Positions 21,492-64,000 of a stretch of DNA of 64,000 bases are shown one piece after another (the stretch's first letter is position 1; each line of letters starts with the position of its first letter). Below the pieces are notes generated by a model. The model saw only the letters and a program-made list of their open reading frames with translations. It made no database searches and was not told the DNA's origin. Origin of the DNA: Hormiphora californensis. Its lineage: Eukaryota > Animalia > Ctenophora. The stretch spans positions 6,324,001-6,388,000 of the forward strand of contig CM035359.1 in assembly GCA_020137815.1 (NCBI GenBank), written 5' to 3'. A program made the translations under genes and the position numbers.

Positions 21492-21692
21492 TTAATAAAG
21501 CAATAATTGTTCGTATTAACTAATAATACAGATTGTAGAATCTGCAGGAATGTTGTACAAAACTTACGTGACCCAGCACGGACAAAAAATCTATTTTTAT
21601 GAACAGTCAAGTTCCAAAAGCATCCCTCGAGAGAACGCTACTAGTAGTAGTACTGGTTACCATGGTGACCATTATCTATGGGCAAGAGAACG

Positions 21693-57456
<35,764 letters not shown>

Positions 57457-58195
57457 TTATCTCTTAAGGGGTATCGCAACCTGCAAAATGTGCAAAATGC
57501 AGAATGTGTGCAGAATGTGTACCAAATATGCTCTGAAAGAAATTGTTTTGAAGAAAATGTTCCATAGAACAAACTTCCAATATTTCTTTGATCGATAGAA
57601 GCAGGGGTGATTTACTGCAGTTGAGAGCTGGGATGTTTTTTCGGAGGTTGGTCAGACATTCAAAATATTAAACGTTAAATATTTATTTTGAAAATGCCTT
57701 ATTTTGAATGTCTGACCAAACTCCGAAAAACGTAAGAAACAGGCCGCAGCTCCTATAGTCGCATCCACCTTTCTAGTGCCCCCAGCCCACTTGGACTGTT
57801 ACAACATCGATAGAAGCAACTCTCGATATTAGCGTCTGGTTTTAATATGCATTCGAAAAAAGAAAAATTTTCTACAAAGACCGAATTCCTTTCTCATTAT
57901 TCTCAATATAGCATTAGCGTCCCGAGGTCGGAATCATTGCATCTAATCTACGAAGCTTCAAACACTCATTATAATTAATGAGTTTCAAATATTACCTTGA
58001 TGAATTCAGTAGTATTCTGGGTACATTGAGACATCACAAACCATCAGCAACGCTAGAAAAGGTGTGGATGAAATATAGAGTATATCTATGTGGTCAAGTA
58101 CTATATTGACTTAATAGGCCAGGTATAGTAGTAGGGAGTTGGGGGAAGGTGGTATTGAAAGTGACAGAAGAATGTACCAAGCATTAATTTCCATT

Positions 58196-58670
58196 TTAAT
58201 GTTTGTAACAAGCATCGTACACAACACATTCCTCAACAAACTCCTGAAACTCTTCAAACGACACAGTCCCCTTTCCATCCTTATCCAGCTCCGTGAATAT
58301 GGCCTCAGCCTCACCCGTACTAATACCAACATTTAGTTCCCTTAATCTCCTCACAAAGTTTGTCCTGTCCACTTCGTCCTCGCAGCGGGTATCAAGAATA
58401 CGGAATGCCTCCCTGACACTGTCAGTCTTATCCGAGAAAACAGGTTTCCAGGAGTGATGTAAATTCATCGAAATCAATGGTTCCCGACTTATCAGCATCG
58501 AACTGTTCAACCAGCTTGGTGAGTCGAGTTGAGGGGATATCTGCATTTAGTTTCTGGAGAACGCACCCTATCTCCTCCAAGCACATAACTCCATCCCCGT
58601 TACGGTCGAAGGTGTCGAAGATGGTTCGAAATATCTCATCTTCCTCATTATCCTCTTTTCGATCAGCCAT
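58196..58670 (-). CDS. Intronless calmodulin-like EF-hand protein (~157 aa); 1-bp frameshift near 58438 as sequenced
   Basis: EF loops DRNGDGVMCLEE, DADKSGTIDFDE, degenerate DTRCEDEVDRTN, and DKDGKGTVSFEE. ORFs 58428..58670 and 58196..58546 join if one base is removed from the T-run (ETCFSDK). Confidence 0.85.
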
Positions 58671-58905
58671 AATATAACAGAACGCAGCTCAACAACAATA
58701 GCACGTACAGCAGAACGGGGTAACTCGGTAAACAAGGCTTTCTCATCAAATACGCACTGTATACACGTTACACACTGATCTCTTCAATGTATATCTCTAT
58801 TTCTCTCTTTTTCTCTTTCCTTTATATTCTATTTTCTCTCTCTTTTTCCTTTATATATCTCTCTGTCTCTCTCTCTCCCTCTCTCTCTCTCTCTACCCCT
58901 CTCGC

Positions 58906-58941
<36 letters not shown>

Positions 58942-58949
58942 ACTCTTTC

Positions 58950-58994
<45 letters not shown>

Positions 58995-59603
58995 AACATT
59001 CTGGCATTCAAAGTACCTCAATAGTCTCACTATCTATCAACTAGCTTTTATAATGTTATTCGAGTTATGAGTGCACTTTTGGTACACTGCAATGCCAATC
59101 AATATCTTTTACTTTAAAGTTTGAAGACTTTTACTGGGGAGACTTAGATTTGCATATTAATATGTATAAAGTCGAACCTCGATTTACCAGACCTCGATTT
59201 ACCGGACCGTATAAGTTTTTCCCTGTTTTAAAGCATTGCATGTTAAACAAAACCTATAAATATGTATACCGTCCCAGTTAAAGTATTGTAAATTACCGTG
59301 TGGCGTGTATTACCTAGATATATCCTTCCCCGATAAATATCACGGTAAATCGAGGTTTGACTATTTTTATAATATATACTGCGAAAGCCAAGGGTGGGGC
59401 GTTCTTACTGATTATACTATAAATGAACACCTTGCTTTTTTAGTAACAAAAAAAATAAAAAGGGGGCTGGGCGACCGGGGAACGATTTATTCGCAACAAC
59501 TAATAAATAGTTCTAGTCGGTCAAAGTCACGGTTTCTATTTTGAATACCCACTGGAAATATTGGTAACCATGGTAACACATTCTTCAGGGTAACTATAAC
59601 AAT

Positions 59604-61322
59604 CTAAGAAGTAAACTTGATACTCTGTCGAGCTGCGATCATTACCGTTTTATTGAGTGATCCAGTGCGAACAATAATGGACGGTAAAATAGCTGAATAC
59701 AGATACGACATGAATCGGATGGTGAAATCGAGGACCAACAGAGCGGTATCACTCTTAATCTTCTCGACAACACCACTGTTAACCAGAACCAGCATGTACA
59801 CGACAAAGAGTGGGAGATGGAGGACTATGTAAAGCACGGTGATGATGAGTGATACCATCCTGGCTGACTCCTTCAATCGCTTCATGCTCGGTCTCATACT
59901 AGGTTTGTGGAGTTTTTTGTGGAGGATTGCGTAGGTGAGCAGCAGGAGAATATCACACATCATGACTGAAAAGAAGACGTATCCTACGAAGGAGTACTTA
60001 TTGCCCTGGGTGAGGACGGGAGTACAGCCAATGTAGGATGGAGGTCCGAGATACTTGAAGTTGGTTATTTCAAGTCTGTTCATCAATACGGCGATAAAAG
60101 CACTCACACCAAGAATGGCCAAGCATCCGCCAAGCAGAACTTTCACTCTGTTAACTTTTTTGTACAGAATAACGCTGCTAACAGCAATACTCCGATAAAT
60201 GCACACAAAAGCAACGAGAAGGGAGAGTGTTATTACGGTGAATGTCCGGGCTGATCCTATCAGTTGACACACGGGGAGGGAAACCCAAAACCCAATGGCG
60301 TCAACAAGGGCAAACAAAAGCGAGAACGCAGAAACAGCTAGTAAAATAAGCAAACAAATATAAAATGGTTGTCCGTTTTTGAAGATCTTGTAGAAGTTTT
60401 TGAAGGAAATGTAGTAGGAGGGAGATCCGGCGATAACCATGGTTACGAACACAATGACAAAGAAGCAGTTCAGGGTAGAGAGCACCTCGTCCGAGGCAGA
60501 CGTTCTGTTGGAAAACAGGGAGTTTAGAGGATTCTGTTAGAAAACAGGGAGTTTAGAAGATTCTGTTGGGAAACAGGGAGTTTAGAGGATTCTGTTGGAA
60601 AACAGGGAGTTTAGAGGATTCTGTTGGAAAACAGGGAGTTTAGGGGATTCTGTTGGAAAACAGGGAGTTTAGAGGATTCTGTTGGAAAACAGGGAGTTTA
60701 GAGGATTCTGTTGGAAAACAGGGAGTTTAGAGGATTCTGTTGGAAAACAGGGAGTTTAGAGGATTCTGTTGGGAAACAGGGAGTTTAGAGGATTCTGTTG
60801 GAAAACAGGGAGTTTAGAGGATTCTGTTGGAAAACAGGGAGTTTAGAGGATTCTGTTGGAAAACAGGGAGTTTAGAGGATTCTGTTGGAAAACAGGGAGT
60901 TTAGAGGATTCTGTTGGAAAACAGGGAGTTTAGAGGATTCTGTTGGAAAACAGGGAGTTTAGAGGATTCTGTTGGAAAACAGGGAGTTTAGAGGATTCTG
61001 TTGGAAAACAGGGAATTTAGAGGATTCTGTTGAGGGACTGAATAGAGCTGAAATGAGCAATTGGACATAAACAGCCGTTTATTCATCAATTCGATCCACA
61101 GAGAAGCATACAATGAAATGTTGAACCAGCATAACTTCGTCTTAGCGCCAAAAACCAGCAAACGCTGATGATACCGCTGTAATATTTTAGGTAAAACTAA
61201 ATTGCAGATAAATTAACACAAAAACAAATAATGTCAGCGAGAACGTTTTCGTCTAAAGAGCTGACTTACTCCGAGAGATTGGTGATGGCCGAATGAATTG
61301 AAGTCTTGGGAATACGATACAC
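59604..61322 (-). CDS. Divergent rhodopsin-like 7TM receptor (main exon 59604-~60504; small upstream exon ~61270-61322 is tentative)
   Basis: The 293-aa ORF has seven hydrophobic segments, VCQLIG at TM3, CIYRSIAV (DRY-equivalent YRS), an ECL2 cysteine (YIGC), TM6 YIVLHLP and TM7 YSAILPSI. Confidence 0.85.
60505..61030 (-). repeat. 29-bp tandem array copying the GPCR splice acceptor, ~18 copies
   Basis: Sense-strand unit AATCCTCTAAACTCCCTGTTTTCCAACAG. The last copy directly abuts the coding exon. Confidence 0.95.
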
Positions 61323-62309
61323 TGTTTGGAAGGAAAGTTAGAACAAATCATTATAAGCACAACTGTCTAAAATAAAGAGACAATAAATAAAAATGATTAA
61401 AAAATATTATTTTCAACGAATTCAACTTACTAAACCATTCCGTACTTTTCGTCTTCAATCATATCGTTCATACTCTTTTCGACTGCCATTTTAAAACTAT
61501 TTGATATACAGCCGCTAACTTAGGTTCATTTTAGTGATTATGGTTGTTTTAGGAATTTGAAAACACCTCGACACATAGGATATATCTGTATAGGTTTCTT
61601 CGCTTTTATTGTAATATTTATTAAACCCATTATGTATGCATTGGCAAAGTCAACATACATGCTCCTTTTTGGCAAATCGGATGATCATATTGTTAAGAGG
61701 ATCTCATTTATCGACTTAAATTGAGGGTGTACTGTGTACAGAAACGGAATTGTGACGCTTAGAGGGGATTAATATAAAACTGTCTTTCAAGTTCATCGGC
61801 TCAACTTTTGCCATTCTTGAAAGTTGAAATCCGCCATTTACCCTTCATAAAAGCCTTAATTAACTTTTAAAGGGATTATCATTTAGTGATAATGATAAAT
61901 TAAATGGTCGATGAGTCAAACATCAACAGTCCGACTCCGATTTACCGGGTATCCCGGCAGAAAGTCCGATAGGGTTTTGCCCGGTAAATCGGGGTGCCCC
62001 GTGCCCCGTATATCGGGCTAAAATACCGCTGATTTCCTATCCTGGGGAATTTTAATAAATCGGGGCAGTCCGCACTCCGCAGTAAACACGTTAAAACGAT
62101 TGAGAAACGCTGAAAATTCAAAATCCACCGAATACTTGACTGGGAACGAATAGCTTCCAGGGAGGGGGAGGCTCTATGAGGAGCTGACACCTGTGCAGTA
62201 TCTGCACAAAGAGGATTACAAGATTACAAGATTATAAGAAGAATACAAGAATCGAATAAAAGAATGGAACACGACTGTGCGGGTGTACCAGTATGAGCAT
62301 ACTCGGAAA

Positions 62310-62470
62310 TGTTCAGGTCGAGCACATGAAGGTCGAGCACAAGGTCGAGCACAAGGTCCGGTCAATGTCAGCACTTTTTTTCGCGCTGCGGCTCAACGGC
62401 GGTTCAACGACGCGCAGTGGTCACGTGACTGGTCAGACCTTGTGCTCGACCTCGTGCTCGACCTTTCATA
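62310..62470. repeat. Palindromic element built from aaggtcgagcac subrepeats
   Basis: aaggtcgagcacaaggtc... is mirrored by gaccttgtgctcgacctcgtgctcgacctt. Confidence 0.7.
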
Positions 62471-63827
62471 CGACGTGCGCGCCGTGAAATCTCGCGCGAA
62501 ATTCCCACAGAGTTGATCTCCGCGTCAGCCGTTTCTCCCATCAAGTCACAGACAAACAGACAAACATTCGCGCCCTGGCGTCAATTTACCAGGGCAGACG
62601 GCAGCTTGCTGATGAACAAAAACATGACATGCCATTACCAAACAATGTTTGAAACTTTGAACCAGTAGCATCTTCCTTTTTTCGCCAGTGTAGGGAGTCA
62701 AATTATAAACATCTTTTAGTTTTTTAAATAAGGTAACAAAATTAAAAATATGATAATGAATAGCATGGTAATCAGGCAATTGATAATTATAAATATAACA
62801 CACAGATCCGCATTTTTCACATAAATTATGGGAACTATCAGTATCAGTTTCTCAGCTATTGAGAGAAAATTGTTGATTAGCCGCATAATTAACGAGGAAG
62901 CTGTGTTTTCTCCTTCCGGCCGGATCTGAACCACTGACCAGCTTTATGAAATGAGTACTAGAGTATTCGACGGGTTTTAATTTTGATATCATGTTGTAGA
63001 ACGTAGTGTTGTTCTACAATAAAACCCTATTCAGTTCGTATCCCGACCAAAAGGAGAAAACACAACTTTTACAGTTACTTTACACCCATGAAATCGACAT
63101 GTCCTCTCACCTCGACAGCTCATCACAGCCACAATCAAAGCCCGTATGTCGTATGACTCTTCTTATAAGCATATAAGTATTTTAGAATATAGAGTCCATG
63201 GCCTTTTTATGGTCTTTGTAGAGTCAAATCTTTATTAATACCAGATCCAATGTCATCGTAAGTCAGAGCAGCCACGTCATTACGCCAATAATTGATAAGC
63301 CGGCTTCATTAGACACTAGCGATCCCCTTGCACTGTACTGCACTTGCACTTGTAGTCCTCTATTTATATATTTTGTAGTCCTCCACATATAGTTTTGCAC
63401 TAGCAGCTCCTTCAGTTACTGAAATGGAAAAAACAATTTACAATTTAAGTTTACAATAACAGTAACACAGTTATAGTGGATAGTCCTAACATAAAAATTA
63501 TGGTACAAACACACCCGTACACTTGCTCCCTTTTCAAAGAAATATCCCCAATAACAAATGAAAATTTCATTTGTTATAGGGGATATTGATATTTTTATTT
63601 ATAAACCCGAATAAGCTAGATAACTCGGACAGTAACAACATTACTATCTTTTCAGTGACAATTAATGTATTGACACAGTTATAAACACACACACATACAC
63701 ACGTCACAGTTCTAGTTATGCATGTCACAGCTATGAATGAAGGAAGCCGGTCAGTGGGGAATACTGACGTACGCATTGAAGTGAGAGTGGACAGAAGCAG
63801 AATTGGAGAAGCTTGATTGAGGTAGTA

Positions 63828-63978
63828 AAGTCGGATTTTTTGAAGTTGTCACCCCAAAATGACCGCACATGTGAAATTTATCAATTTTGATGCGCACACC
63901 ACACGTTAACATGTGATGTGACGCGCAAAATCATTCCGCGCACGAAACGGGGGGTGACAACTTCAAAAAATCCGACTT
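63828..63978. mobile_element. TA-flanked MITE inserted in a copy of the AGTGAGAGTGGACAGA element
   Basis: ggtagTA[AAGTCGGATTTTTTGAAG...CTTCAAAAAATCCGACTT]TAgag, compared with the empty site ggtagTAgag at ~17412-17421. Confidence 0.85.
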
Positions 63979-64000
63979 TAGAGCATATAACTTTCCGAGT

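Noticed and set aside
19239-21610. Pairs of identical ORFs on opposite strands as genes
   Set aside because: They are a by-product of the palindromic transposon arms and show no transposase motifs.
58196-58670. EF-hand protein as a Ca2+-activated photoprotein
   Set aside because: It is calmodulin-sized (~157 aa) with the third loop degenerate. Photoproteins are ~200 aa, lack the second EF loop and have characteristic Trp/His/Tyr residues not seen here.

Overview
Eukaryotic (animal) genomic DNA with GT-AG introns, many GA/CT and AAAC microsatellites and dense non-autonomous DNA transposons. The overall style suggests an early-branching marine invertebrate such as a ctenophore; this is inference, not proven. 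From left to right: (1) three tandem minus-strand genes for secreted proteins with two C-type lectin domains (<1-4187, 5221-9398, 10500-18048); (2) a TTAA-flanked palindromic element carrying a nested CAC..GTG palindromic element (18713-21491); (3) a ~36 kb minus-strand TRAPPC8 gene (~21693-57456) whose introns hold three opposite-strand genes (a divergent rhodopsin-like GPCR, a secreted 4x ShKT protein, and an F-type-lectin/CCP mosaic protein) plus an ORF1-only LINE-like element; (4) an intronless calmodulin-like gene; (5) a second divergent GPCR. The most unusual signals are repeated tandem duplications that copy splice sites (up to ~16-18 copies), many RFX X-box-like palindromes, the ORF1-only retroelement, and nesting of palindromic transposons. 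Several frameshifts look like consensus errors. Exon boundaries were read by eye and are approximate. No prokaryote-type system (CRISPR, operon) is present.
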